Assembly: GCA_964016885.1 (NCBI GenBank)
Contig: OZ024740.1
Coordinates: 54,684,001-54,748,000, forward strand
Direction of reading: 5' to 3'
Length of the DNA: 64,000 nucleotides
Origin: Eledone cirrhosa
Taxonomy: Eukaryota
The translations under genes were made by a program, and so were the position numbers. Under the pieces are notes generated by a model, which did not search any database, had not been told where the DNA came from, and saw nothing but the letters and a program-made list of their open reading frames with translations. Of this stretch, positions 1 to 13,025 are shown one piece after another (within the stretch, counting starts at the first letter, position 1; each line of letters opens with the position of its first letter).

Positions 1-49
1 GCATGGCCTCAGCCGGATGGCTGATACAGGTGAAAGAGTAAATATATAT

Positions 50-1160
50 ATTTATGCTTTTATTTTCATTCTGCCACTTTGCCGAATCATGATCATCTTT
101 TATTCATTCTTGCTCATTAGCTGTCTAGTAATAATAAATTACCTGTATGATGATACTTCTCATAATTTCGAATAAGCTCTAAGACTAACTGCACTGCATT
201 GAAGTATCATGGAAAGGTTATTAAGAGTGAAATATCACTAGACTTTTTTTTATATCTCATATACTGATAATTTAACGCAGTAAAGTAAGAACAAACCCCA
301 AGTTTGTCTAATGCTATACTGCCAAACAAATATAACATCTTCTATTGTTGGAGATGATGATTTATACACGATCTGAGGAGATTTATTATACTTCCGTACG
401 TAACGTATATGTCACTTATATATATATATATATATAAATATAAATATGTATACGTACATACATATATGTGTACATACGTACATACATTTATGTGTACGTC
501 TGGATACATATATGTATGTACGTATATTTTGTTTGGCGGAAAAATATCACTTGTGTTTAAACAAAATGAAATTCTTTAAATCCTTACCACATTAGATTTT
601 CTACTATATACAATAAATCGAAATAAACATTTAAAATGTTTCATGATTTTTAACAACGTGCACTCATACTGTGTTTGCTTATACGTGTTCAGTTAATTAT
701 GTACACATTTTTCTCTTATTTCCACTAATGTTTCTGAATTATTTATCATATAATGACGTTTTAAATGCATGTGTTTACATCTAGCTAATCAACAAAAACC
801 TTACAATATTCAGTGACATATACGTTTCGTACGGAAGTATAATAAATCTCCTCAGATCTCCAACAATAGAAGATGTTATATTTGTTTGGCAGTATAGAAT
901 TAGACAAACTTGGGGTTTGTTCTTACTTTACTGCGTTAAATTATCAGTATGAGATATCAAAAAAAAGTCTAGTGATATTTCACTCTTAATAAGCTTTCCG
1001 TGATACTTCAATGCAGTGCAGTTAGTCTTAGAGCTTATTCGAAATTATGAGAAGTATCATCATACAGGTAATTTATTATTACTAGACAGCTAATGAGCAA
1101 GAATGAATAAAAGATGATCATGATTCGGCAAAGTGGCAGAATGAAAATAAAAGCATAAAT
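50..1160. repeat. Long inverted repeat, arms ~50-416 and ~812-1160, with a TA-rich spacer
   Basis: tttatgcttttattttcattctgccactttgccg (51) is the reverse complement of cggcaaagtggcagaatgaaaataaaagcataaa (ending ~1159). Complementarity continues over ~350 bp with one small indel. Confidence 0.9.
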
Positions 1161-2660
1161 TACAGAAAATAGGTTGTAAAAATGATGAAAATTATCGCAT
1201 TTAAAACTATTTTAAGCACTATATCTGTATCAGAAAGCGAAACATTTTAATACCAAGGGACAAATATCGCTGAAAGTTAATATCCACACTACTTAAGTAT
1301 CTAGCTCCAAACATCTGCTTTGAGAAATATACAAAACTTGACTCTACTTAATAATAGATATGACAGGAATTAAGATATTAAAAAGATGCTTCGCAAATTG
1401 TAGATAAATGTAAACACCATATATAGTTTTAGGAAATTACTGTCTCCAGTGGTATATTCTTTCGGGATATTTTAAATAAAATTGGCTGTAATGGTTTTCA
1501 GGTTTGTTCTTGTCTGCATGAAGTCATTTACTCTCAAATTGAGGCAATCCGTCATAGATATTAGAGCATGTTCTGAATTCGAATCACGTCGTGTTCAAAT
1601 TACCTATTATCATTCCGGGACCGATAAAATAATGTTCCACTCAGATGTAGAGAATTGGCGAATTGTTAGAGCATTATTGGAGATGCATGAGGTTATTTTT
1701 TCTATATATATCTTTGCATTCTAGTTTTAAATCCCTCAAGGGTTTACTTCGGTTGCCATCCAATTCATAGAGTAATAGCACTAACTGAAATTGTTTGCTT
1801 TTAGCGGAATACAAACTGTTGCAAACATCTGGGACATGTTTGCATTTTACAGATCAGCTAATCTTTCCCTCAACCTGTCTCAGACGCTCTGAGATGATTC
1901 ATTTGTATCGGCATTCCCTCCACGATTTAACGTTAAAAAATCGAGATAAACACTAATTTCTTTCGAGGGACAAATTTAATTTACCATAGTAAATGAAACG
2001 TAATATTTAGTTTACATATAATTCCTTAGTAAACCAAGAAAAAACACGAAAGATCAACATATTTCGTAACGTTTCTCGGTATGCAAAAGTAAATAGCAAC
2101 ATATCTGATTGAAGTTGATTCGAATATTCGAATAATTATGTTATATACAGCTTACACAGTAATACATAATTATAATCTTTATATGCAAATATTTTATTTT
2201 GCTTCATAAATTGGATTTTCGATAGCGTGTCAAAATCGATTATTAATTGGATAAAGATAGTTTGTCAATTAGAAACATTTTTAAAAAGAGAATATCAAGT
2301 TTAATAATGTATGTACGATATCAGTGTAGCGTTTTCTCCCTCTAGGCTTTGTGCTTTTCTCTTTACATATAAAAACACCTGATTCATAATAATTAATTGG
2401 ATTTAAATCATACATAAAATAGTTTGAGAACGTAACAATATAAGATGATAAAAGAAACGGAATTAAATATATGCACACAAAGTTAAGAAAGATAAAATAC
2501 TGGAACGTTTCAATAGAGAAAAATGGTGTAAAATAAAAGAAACGTATTCCAAACAAACAGTTTATTTTAAATATCTTTCTTCTACGTTCATTTTTTTTTT
2601 GTAATTTAATATGCTTATACATGTAATACAATTTCCTTTCCTATTGTAAATTAATATACA

Positions 2661-3450
2661 TGGATGTATATATAATGTATTTTGCAATACACTTTATGCT
2701 TAATTAAAAGCATTTTGAAGACCGTATGCTATTGTTTTAGAGTAATGACAAATTCACTTACTTTAATCTCAGCAAACAGGGGAGATAACCCGACAAGGGC
2801 CTTGTTTCGCTTTTATTGAAGCTTATCATGGCTAACTACCCTTCCTGTCTACTGAGATTACTGATGTTATATTCTTATAGAATTCTAGTAAATAATCAGG
2901 AGCTGATTATACAGAGCGATTGTTGGTCAGGCAGAAATTAAAAATTTGAATTGGAGCTTTGAAATAGCAATATATATATGGATGTATATATAATGTATTT
3001 TGCAATACACTTTATGCTTAATTATAAGCATTTTGAAGACCGTATGCTATTGTTTTAGAGTAGTGACAAATTCACTTACTTTAATCTCATCAAACAGGGG
3101 AGATAAGCCGACAAAGGTCTTGTTTCGCTTTTGTTGAAGCTTATCAAGGCTAACTACCTCTCCTGTCTACTGAGATTACTGATGTTATATTCTTATAGAA
3201 TTCTAGGAAATAATCAAGAGCTGATTATACAGAGCGATTGTTGGTCAGGCAGAAATTAAAAATTAGAATTGGAGCTCTGAAATAGCAATATATATATGGA
3301 TGTATATATAATATATTTTGCAATACACTTTATGCTTAATTAAAAGCATTTTGAAGACCGTATGCTATTGTTTTAGAGTACTGACAAATTCACTTACTTA
3401 CAACAAAAGCGAAACAAGGCCCTTGTCGGCTTATCTCCCCTGTTTGCTGA
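2661..3450 (-). mobile_element. Tandem 318-bp hammerhead-containing repeat (2.3 units plus an inverted terminal fragment), retrozyme/PLE-pLTR-like
   Basis: The unit start tggatgtatatataat recurs at 2661, 2979 and 3297. Bases 3401-3450 are an inverted copy of the ribozyme 3' half, followed by (TA)n. Confidence 0.75.
3105..3153 (-). ncRNA. Type I hammerhead ribozyme, U3-A8 core variant (sister copy 2786-2835 has A3)
   Basis: Minus strand: AGCC-UUGAUAA-GCUU caacaa AAGC-GAAA-CAAG acc UUUG-UC-GGCU. Stems I, II and III pair and the site is GUC. Confidence 0.7.
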
Positions 3451-4229
3451 TATATAATATATATATCCTTATATATATCCTTATTATAATATATATATCC
3501 TTAAGGCGTTGCCAATTCAGATTCGGTTACAATATCCGGGTACTCCTTGGAGTTCATTGCTAGTTGGTGGGTAGTATTGATTATTAGTCGTGTTCAAGAT
3601 CAACCAAACCACTGACCCACTTTCAGATGGTAATATTTCGGTGCCATCTCTAATCATCTGAGAGGTAGATATCTTGACTCCTGTCAGAGGAACCATTTGA
3701 AAGCACCCCGGGGCTCATGCTGCGTGTTCAAAAAACTTTTTTTAGCGACGCAATAATTATCTATCAACATTGTCGGCATGTATCTTGTTTCTTTGCTTAT
3801 TTTGCATGTTTTCCTTTCTTCCTTTCCTCAGTTTTTGTATTATTTTTACATTGTATTTTATTGTACTACCGCTAAACAGTTAAATATGTACCTATATAGG
3901 CCAAACTTCTACAGACGATTCCACCGCCAATACGAGTTGGATGTTTGCCTTATTGAAGCTCATCTCTTTGTGAATGCTAGTTCCACTCTACATTTGGAGC
4001 ATATGTAGAGTGGAACGAGAATTAACAATGGGGTGCTTTTCGATAACTTACCCATAGCCTGTATTGCATTAGCAATAATACATAACCATATTATTACGTC
4101 TGATGAATTCGTGTTGCTGGTCGGGAATTCATTGTATCATGTAATCATGAATACCACAGAAATATGTATTACATCTGAATATGAAGAAAAAAATTGTGAC
4201 TTTCTACATTATTATTATTCAGTATCGGT

Positions 4230-4405
4230 AGAGGGTTGGACGCCATGCTTTGACGTATGGAGTTACGGCCCTTGCCATTCTGAGTTCAAATCCCGCCAAG
4301 GTTAACTTTACCTTCCATCCTTACGGGGTCGATAAAATAAAGTACCAGTAATGCAGTGGGTATTTGCTGGCCTTGTGCCAAAAGTAGAAACAATTATTAT
4401 TATTG
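4230..4405 (+). mobile_element. tRNA-derived SINE with (ATT)n tail
   Basis: B-box-like gagttcaaatcc, body ggggtcgataaaataaagtacc, end ccttgtgccaaaagtagaaacaattattatt. Homologous to 12808-13025. Confidence 0.75.
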
Positions 4406-4512
4406 TTCTTTGAGTCTCAGTCATTGATGTTATTTAACTGGAAAGTTTGTTGGAATGGATATCAAGTCACAACCTGCAGCCTCAGACATTCAGGACGTAT
4501 CGGAGAGTCTCC
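4393..4512 (-). mobile_element. 3' terminal fragment of an R4/Dong-type LINE
   Basis: Minus strand encodes ETLRYVLNV*, then a short UTR (ggctgcaggttgtgacttg) and a (TAA)n tail. Flanked by ATT repeats on both sides. Confidence 0.55.
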
Positions 4513-5376
4513 ATTATTATTATTATTATTATTTTATTATTGGCGACCTACGTAGTAAATCGTATTATCGTGAGCTCCGCAAAGGTTTGTTATTTTCAGT
4601 TGTTTAAAATTGCTATTTATGGAAAATTTTTATTGTTAACTGTATATAAGTGCACATACATTGTTATCTGAAAAGGACACTCAAAAAGATTGGGGCCTTG
4701 AGCCCAAAATTTAAACATTTATAATTATCAAACAAAAATTTTTCTTTGAAAAATCATGGACGACTCAGAGTCACACCATTCTCACAAACTAACACCTCAC
4801 ACCGACACCACCATTGTAAATATTACTACGTTTGCCAACACTAAAAATATAAGCAGTAGCAATATTTTAAATTTGTCTCAGGCAGACATTCATTTCCCGC
4901 CATTACCAATGACTGCAGGTGTTAAAGCCGCCACCCCCACCACCACGACGGCGACAACAGAAACAAAAGAAAAAAATAAATTAACTCGTGATATCGAAAT
5001 GAATTCAACCAAAATGAACTCTTATAGAAACCGAACACCACTGACGCCACCACCACCACAACTGAAACTAAAATTAACAATAACAAAAATAACGATAACA
5101 ACAACAGCAACAATGAAATTAAGAAAACTTCCCTGAGTTTTGCCAGAGTAGCAAAACAGTGCGAAGCATTTCAGGTAACTCAGGAGGAATTAGAAGAAGC
5201 GAACAAAATGATAAAGATGGGTACAGGGTCAGCCTCACCCCCCCCCCCCCCCACCCCACCCCTAATAAAATGGAGCATCGGCGCCTATGCACCGTGTCTT
5301 ATCGGACAATTAACATAAAATCGCGCCAAGTGGAACGGGCATCCGAGTCCCAAATCCAAAAAGCTTTGGGACATGT

Positions 5377-6288
5377 GTGGGCAAAAAAAAAAACCACATC
5401 ACGCGTGGGCAGAAATATGGAACCGTGGACGTGTTCTTTGAAACACCACAGGAGGCCAGAGAACACTCCATGGCCCCATTAAAAAGTGACGACTTCACAC
5501 TCGTCCCAAGCTATTGTCGCCAGAGACTCGTGAAGATCAGGGTGACCCACGTTCCACCGGCCATCGAAATTACCTGGCTAATAGCTGCCGTCCTCGCCGG
5601 TATCGAAGCCATCACCAAGATAATCGAAATAGCGAAAGAAAAGCAGGAGAACTGGTCCGGATCTGGGATGGAGCTCCTGATCCAAGCGGACCAAAAAAGC
5701 ATTGAGGAGATCCCAGAGGTAATAGACCTCACTGACGGCAGCCACCTCACCGTAATCGTCGAGGGCAGAAGGCCTAGGTGTGTCGTTTGTGATGAAGGAA
5801 CCCACCTAAGGGCTTTCTGCCCTCAGGATAACAGGTTGAGGCCACCTCTCTTACCAACCCCAGTGACTCAACCATCAACACCACCAGCAGCAGAGATGGC
5901 AGCAGCAACAACAGAAGCAACTATAACAGCAACAACCCCAGCAACAGTAGCAAAACCAACACCACCACCACCCAACGCGCCAGAACTAGCACCAGCGCCT
6001 ACACCAGCCACCACGCCACAACCAAAACCAACGTCTGTGGAGGATTTTTCACTCCCCGTCCTATCACAACTGGAGATAGATTGTGACGACGAGGAGTGGG
6101 AAACGGTATCAGGAAAAAAGAAAAAAAGAAACCAAAAAAAGAAAAACATGACTTCCCTCCTCCTCCAAAAAAAAATACAGAGGGAAACAAATAAACTATC
6201 AAACAAAAAGTTAGGACAGATATGCTACCATCCACACCAGCATCACCAATCCCATGACCACAAACACCAACACCATCACTATCATTAA
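5377..6288 (+). pseudogene. LINE ORF1 (gag-like, CCHC zinc knuckle), frameshifted at both ends
   Basis: GRRPRCVVCDEGTHLRAFC = CX2CX4HX4C, followed by a Pro/Thr-rich linker and WETVSGKKKKR. Confidence 0.8.
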
Positions 6289-6717
6289 CCCCAACACCAC
6301 CATCACCAACACCACAAAAGTCACCAAAAAGCGAAACAGAAACAAACCCACGACAAACGCAAACAAAACAAAACAACCAAAACGATACACACTACACAAC
6401 ATTAAATTTGAAAAACAACCAATTATTACACTACATCCAACACAACACCAGCATCACAGAAAAAGACTACACAACAACCCAAAAGTTCACACCACCTCCA
6501 CACATACAAATCACTCGCATCACACAGAAAACGTACACGACACTAAAACAAAAGTTCCCCAAAGACATCGGAGACTTCCGACAAGCACTCTCCAGGAGGA
6601 TTTATAAGGACATCCTTCCGGAGGAGGCCACAAGCAGTGAAAATGATGGACAAACCATCCTTCGTCTACGAGAAGTAAGGTAAGTGGTCTTTCCCATCTT
6701 TTCCACTCCATTTCGAC

Positions 6718-9700
6718 ATGACCTCACTCAGAATTGGCGGCATAAATGCGCGTGGCTTGGGGTCGTCATGGAAGCAGGGCCACCTGCTCAACGACCTCAG
6801 GTCACTAAACATAGATGCAGTGGCCATCAGCGAGTCAAGAATCTCCGAAGCACGGGCCTTCGCACCGATGTTCGGCGGCTACGATGTGTACGCATCTCCC
6901 AGCCGTCCTGGATCGGAGCAGGGCGGCCTGATTTCTTCCAACGTCTGGAGACCTTTCTTGGAACGTCCCGCTTTTTAGTCTTAGTGGGCGACTGGAACGG
7001 GATCTTAGATGCACGCTGGGACTGTGTGGGATTAGCGGATAGGGGAGGAGGGTGCAAGAGCCTAACCAACCTGCTCAGGCGTTTTGAACTGTCTGAAAGG
7101 TACCGATTGGATTTCCCGAATGTGCCAATGTGGACTTGGACAAATCGCGTAGGGTCATCCAGAACATATCTAGATAGAGTATTTTGTAGAGAAATAGATA
7201 GGTCTAGCATAGGCTGTCCACAATTCAAGATAGTCAGCTACACGGACCACAAATTCGTGATCTTTGTGCTTGATTTAGATAGGCTTCATAGAGGAGGACC
7301 CAACTACTGGAAGCTAAACGCGTCCTTACCAGCGCGCAAGGCCTACAGAGACCGGATTAGCGAACTAGTTAAGCGGGCGTTGACGGGGGCCATCGTCAAC
7401 AACAAGTGGTGGTTTGCTCTGAAAAGAGCAATTAGAATAGAGTCCATTAGGTTTAGTAAGGCTTTAGCAATAGAGAAAAATAGAGCAGAGGGAGAATTAG
7501 TTAGAAAATTAGACGAGGCGCTTAGCAAAGGTATCGAGACCGACGTACTTGCGGCGAAATTGGCCCATGACCAATTCTTCAATGCAAAGCACGAAGGCTG
7601 CGTTGTCAGAGCTAGGGTGGGTGCTCTCAGACACGAGGGGACGAAAGCCGTTCAATGGGCCCGAGTGGCGGAGGCGCGTCGTGGCAACAAAGCCATGATC
7701 CGGTCTTTGGTAGACCACGACGGGCGCATGCTACTCGCAAATGTGTGAAGCTTTTCAGCAACACTTCGCAAAGCTGTTCGGGGGCAGCGGCGGGCCGGAT
7801 CGAGGGATGGACTTTAGTGTCTACCTCGATGGACTGCCGCGGCTCTCGGCCACTGAGGCGGAGTGTTGCGAAAAGCCGATAACAGCCGCTGAATTATGGG
7901 AGGCAATAACTAGCTGCACAAGTTGTAAATCGCCTGGTTTGGATGGTCTGCCCTATGAACTTTACGTACAGATGCCAGACTTATTCGGAGGCCTCTTGGC
8001 GGACGTCTACTGCAACTGGCAACAGAACGGGAGAATTCCCAGATCTGTGAGCCGAGGAGCTGTGGCGCTGCTGAGAAAGGATACGAACAATGGGGATAAC
8101 ATAGATAATTTGAGGCCCATAACTCTGCTAAACACAGAGTTCAAGATTTTGGTCAAGATTCTAGCAAAGAGGTTGGCGCTTGACGTTCGTGGTCTGGGGG
8201 GAGAGGTGCAGACATGCGCCATTCCCCACAGATCCATCCACGACAACCTCCACCTCATGCGATACATCGTAGAGAGGGTAGCTTGGGAACCTGGCACGGG
8301 TGGGTCCTTGATCAATTTAGATCAGTCGAAAGCTTTCGATAGGGTCGACCATCGTTACCTAGCGGCACTCCTGTGGCTGGCTTGCTTTGGGACCATCTTC
8401 AGAGGCTGGATCGCTGCCATGCACAGCGACATCTGCTCTGTGGTGAGAGTGAACGGTCACCTTTCGGAACCGTTCAACATCAAGCGCTCGGTCCGCCGAG
8501 GATGTCCCCTCTCATCTCTCTTGTACGTATTGACACTCGAGCCATTACTGCACAAACTGGAGACGTTGAGCGGGGTCCCGCGCGAACTAGGATACGGAAG
8601 ATCCGTGTCAGCATATGCGGACGATATCACCGTAGTGGTGTCGAACGCCAAACACATCGAGGCTATCGGCACTACACTAAGAGAATACGAAGCGGTTACA
8701 GGCGCAATGATCAACCAGGAAAAGTTAGTGGGCCTGCAGCTCGGCATCTGGAGAGGCAGGTCCATGCCGTCCAACAGCGTCGTTGGGCGTTGGACGGGTG
8801 GAACGGTTAAATTGCTAGGGGTCTGGTTCGGTTCGGACCTCCAGACGAACAAAAACTGGGACGAGGTAACGAGCAGAGTGGCTTCTCACATCCAGAAATG
8901 GACGGAGAGGAAGCTATCCCTGAAAGGTCGAGCGGAGGTGGCTAACGCGTACATCGAGTCCGTCATCTACTACCGCCTGACCGTCGTACCTTGTCCTAAG
9001 CCCCGCCTGACTGCGCTGGAACGTCTGCTCTTTCGCTTTATGTGGAAGGGACGCGCTCCGATGGTCAGGCGGTCCATCTGCTGTCAACACCCGCTACGTG
9101 GAGGGCTGGGCTTGCCCTGGCTGATGATGCGCAGACACGCGCTCAGGCTACGACATCTCCACCTCTTCCTCGACGGTGATCAGGTGTGGTCGCCATTTGT
9201 TAGACACGTCTTTCCCCAGCTCGTCACCTTGACGGAGCTGCAGTCCTGGGTCAAGTGAAGACCGAGAGGGAGCGCTTGGAGACTGGAATTTCTTCAGGCG
9301 CTCACAGCCCTCGACCAATCGGGCAATGTGATCGGTGGAAACTCCACCTTGGCGTTCTATAGAGGATTAGTGGAGGGTAAGAGCGACGACGTACTTGGAG
9401 AAACTCTAGGCGTCGACTAAAATCAACTAGCCAATCTCTTCGGAAGGACTTTCGGGCCGGCGCCTATGGAAAACTTCCAGAAATCCCTGGCCTGGCAGTG
9501 CTACCGAGGAGCTTTACCAGTTCGGGATAAACTCTACAGGCATGGAGGTGCCGTCAGCCGGGCATGTCCGAGATGCGCGCAGGCGACGAAACCGTTCTGC
9601 ACGCCCTCGTCCAGTGTCCGAGCATTGCTGACTTGTGGGTTTATGTCGAACACCTGCTGTCACGTGTAGGACGGATCCAGCTATCAGCTGAGTCCATCGT

Positions 9701-9978
9701 GAGGATTGCCCCGCCCTCTTCCTTTAGCCGGGAAGGGCAGGCAGTTTTTATCTGTCTGCTGGCCATGGCGAAAGAGATATATGGTGGACACGTTTGAAAG
9801 GGCTGAAGACGAGCACTTACCTCTTCGGTGATGCCCTGATTAACTTTTTCAAATTTCATTTGAAAAGGAAAATCAGAGTAGAGAGGGAAGTGTCTCTTCC
9901 CAGCATTTTGTTGATAGATGGGTGAGAGAAGCAAGAATGGACCGAGTGAATGGGCCTACTCTGAGTATGAGTCTGTAA
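6718..9978 (+). pseudogene. LINE ORF2: APE endonuclease, reverse transcriptase and zinc-binding domain, split over several frames
   Basis: INARGL, SES, GDWN, YLDR, TDHK (APE); KSPGLDG, RPITLLN, KAFDRV, RGCPLS, YADD (RT); CPRC...HALVQC. Frameshifts, stops and an internal deletion in APE. Confidence 0.9.
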
Positions 9979-10109
9979 ATTAAAGGTGGAAAACTGGGAG
10001 AGGGCACTTGCCTTGGTGGTCAGGGTCACTGTGGCCTTTTATTGGGCTTTCCCACAAATCTCCCTCGGAAGTCTCCCCCCTATTGGGGAATTTTTCATTG
10101 TATGAAGTC

Positions 10110-12747
10110 TTCCAAAAAGCGGAGCGGTACCAATTTTCTTTAACCATCATTGGAAAATCTTTGAGATAATACCTAGTGCGCCTATGACAATCGGGACCAC
10201 TTTGACCTCATGGCAGTTCCAAATCCTTTTTACCTCCCACTTTAAGTCCTGGTATCGGTTAATTTTCTCCCTCTCCCTTTCTTGCAGTCTCGTGTCGAAT
10301 GGGCATGCTACATCCACAATTAGGCACGATCTTTTTCCCTTGTCCAAAACCACCAGGTCAGATCTATTGTGTTCCAGTTTCTTGTCGGTCTGTATCCTAA
10401 AATCCCACAGCACCTTCACCTGATCATTTTCCATCAACGACTCTGGCTTATGCTCATACCACTTCTCAGAATGTGGTAAATTGTTTACTTTGCATAGGTG
10501 CCAGTGGATCACCCTGCCCATCACATCATGTCTTCAGCCTTTATAGTGAGTCTGGGCTAGGTGTTTACACTCTGATACAATGTGAGCCACAGTCTCCTCT
10601 CTCTCTCTCCACAGATCCTACACAGTGGTCTAGCCTCCTCCTTGTAAATATGGTGTTTTAGTCACTTCGTTTTGAGAGCCTGCTCTTGCGCAGCCATTAG
10701 CATTCCTTCTGTAGCCTTCTAAGGTCTCCTCATTTCAACCAGTTCCATGTCTGTGGATCTCTAAATTCAGTTTTCTCAAAGAAGGCACTATGAAGGGATT
10801 TTTCATGAAGGTTGCTCTTTTTCCTTGTTGTTATTTCCTCCTTGGACATCCCCTGGTCTATTGTCCTCTCCTTCAGTTCAATTCTGTGTATTGGCACCCT
10901 ACTATCAGTCACGTATTTGTGTAAGTTGTTTTTCTCCATCTGAACGCAGTCCTCTATGCTGATAAGACCTCTTCCACCTTCAGATCTCCTTAAGTAGAGT
11001 CTATCGACATCACTCCTTTTGTGGAACATGTAGATAGTCAATATCTTCCTAGTCTTCCTATCCATTTCTTTTTGTTCAGCAACATTCCATCTCATAATTC
11101 CCGCACTGTACCAAATAATAAACACAGCTCTGGAATTTAATGCACTTATGGCATTCCTACTGTTCAGATATGGCTTTAGTACGCTCCTTACGCCCCGAAT
11201 GTATTTAGATCTTATCAATTCCTTCATTTTTTGTTCTTGATGTCATCAGCCTCCAGAACACCTAAATATTTGTATCCCTCTTCAGCATCAATTTCCCTTA
11301 TCATCTCACCTGTTGGTACCTGGATTCCGTTGCTTCTACTCAATTTACCCTCTTCATCACAAGCACTCCATAATTACTAATATCAAATTGCATACATATA
11401 TCATTGCTGAAAATACGGACAGTGTCAACAAGCACACCAACTCCCCCTCACTCTTCCCGAAGAGCTTAAGATCGTCCATGAAAAGGATGTGATTAATGGT
11501 AAGCTCTCCCTTTCCCAACTTGTATCCTGCTCTCACTTTTCGCAGTATAATGGTCAGGGGGATCAGGGCAAGGACAAACAACAGAGGGGACAAACTATCT
11601 CCCGGGAAGATACCTCTCTTGATCCTCACGCCTCCCAAGGATTCTCCGCCCGATGTTAACTCTGTTTTCCAGGACTTCATACTTTTGCTCAACAACTGTC
11701 TGATGTTATCTGCCACCCTGAAGATCTCTAGGCTTTTGGTTATCCAAGAATGAGGTACCATGTCGAATGCCTTTTTGTAGTCTATCCATCCCATGGCAAG
11801 ACCAGTGCGTCTCCTCCTGCAAGTCATCATTACCATCTTATCAATAAGTAACTGGTCCTTTGTACCACGGGACTTCTTTCGGCATCCTTTCTGTTCGTCT
11901 GGTAACAAGTTGTTTATGTAGAGGTGGTGGTAGATTTCCTCAGGCATAATTCTTGTTAACAGTTTCCACATTACGGACAGACATGTGATAGGTCTATAGT
12001 TGGTAACATCATTACCCTTGATTCGGTCTTTCATTACCAGAACTGTGGTACCTTTTGTCAACCACTCTGGTACCTCACCTGACATCAAGCAGTCATTGAA
12101 AATGGTTGTTAGTTTCGGGTGGAGGGATGTTATATTTTTAATCCAATACCCCTGCACACAATCTGGGCCGGGTGATTTCCAGTTAGTTAGTTTTCTGGCC
12201 TGCCCCTTAAGAGTTTCAACTGTGATACTCAAATCAGTTTGTTGGTGTGCCTGTTCACTAATCTCCTTTTGTACTGTCTCAATCCACACTGCCTGATCAT
12301 TATGTTCAACAACCTGCTCCCATATTCCTCTCCAGAATGTCTTAGTCTGTTCCGCCTCAGGGATCAAGTCGTTGCCTCTTTTTTTCCCTTCAAGCTGTCC
12401 AAACAACATCTTCTGGTCCTTGTCAAACATGCGGTTCTGTCTATACTGACTGACTCTGCTCTCGTATCCCCTAATCTTTGCGCTCTTTGCTACAATGCGT
12501 TGCTTCAGTTCCTCTATGATAATATTTAGCTTTTTCCTCCTTGTTTTGTACTTTATTTCCAGTCTATTTTTAGTGTCTATGTTTTGTAGTGTCCCATTCA
12601 TAGGGACTCAAGCTTTCCAATGTCATTTCTCATTTCCCTGATTCGACCATTCAGTCGTTTCTTCCACCAAGGTCCTGATCTTTTTTGTTTTTTGTTTCCT
12701 TTCGCTTTCATGCCAATTTCCTCACCGCATTTGCTGTTGCTTTGAGG
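10110..12747 (-). mobile_element. R4/Dong-clade non-LTR retrotransposon (RT, CCHC, restriction-like endonuclease), truncated and frameshifted
   Basis: ORF 11357-12601: NWKSPGPD, YRPITCL, DYKKAFD, GDSLSP, FMDDLKL. ORF 10730-11227: GGRGL. ORF 10147-10524: WDFRIQTD, HNRSDLVV, DVACPFD, PIVIGALG. The 5' break abuts (ATT)n at 12748-12807. Confidence 0.9.
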
Positions 12748-12760
12748 ATTATTATTATTA

Positions 12761-12791
<31 letters not shown>

Positions 12792-12807
12792 CATCATTAT
12801 TATTATT

Positions 12808-13025
12808 GACGGTATCGGTAGAGTGTCGGAATCACTGCTTCATTGCATTGCGTTACGGCCCTTTATGCTCTGATTTCAAAACCTGCCGAGGTTAGTTTTG
12901 CCTTTTATCCTTGCGGGGTCAATAAAATAAAGTGCCTGTAAGCACTGGGATCGATTTGATCGGCTTTCCCTTCCCTTAAAATTGCCGGCCTTGTGCCTTA
13001 AGTAGAAGCAATTATTATTATTATT
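12808..13025 (+). mobile_element. tRNA-derived SINE, same family as 4230-4405
   Basis: gccgaggttagttttgccttttatccttgcggggtcaataaaataaag ... ccttgtgccttaagtagaagcaattattatt. Confidence 0.75.

Larger units (their letters stand above)
4541..10105 (+). mobile_element. Tx1/L1-group non-LTR retrotransposon, near full length, frameshifted
   Basis: ORF1 with a zinc knuckle, followed by ORF2 with APE endonuclease, RT and C-terminal CxxC/HxxxxC. Confidence 0.9.

Noticed and set aside
1160-1960. Possible decayed transposon coding sequence next to the inverted repeat
   Set aside because: No recognisable motif in any frame.
5511-12529. Antisense and alternate-frame ORFs over the LINEs
   Set aside because: They are shadows of the retrotransposon ORFs with no motifs of their own.
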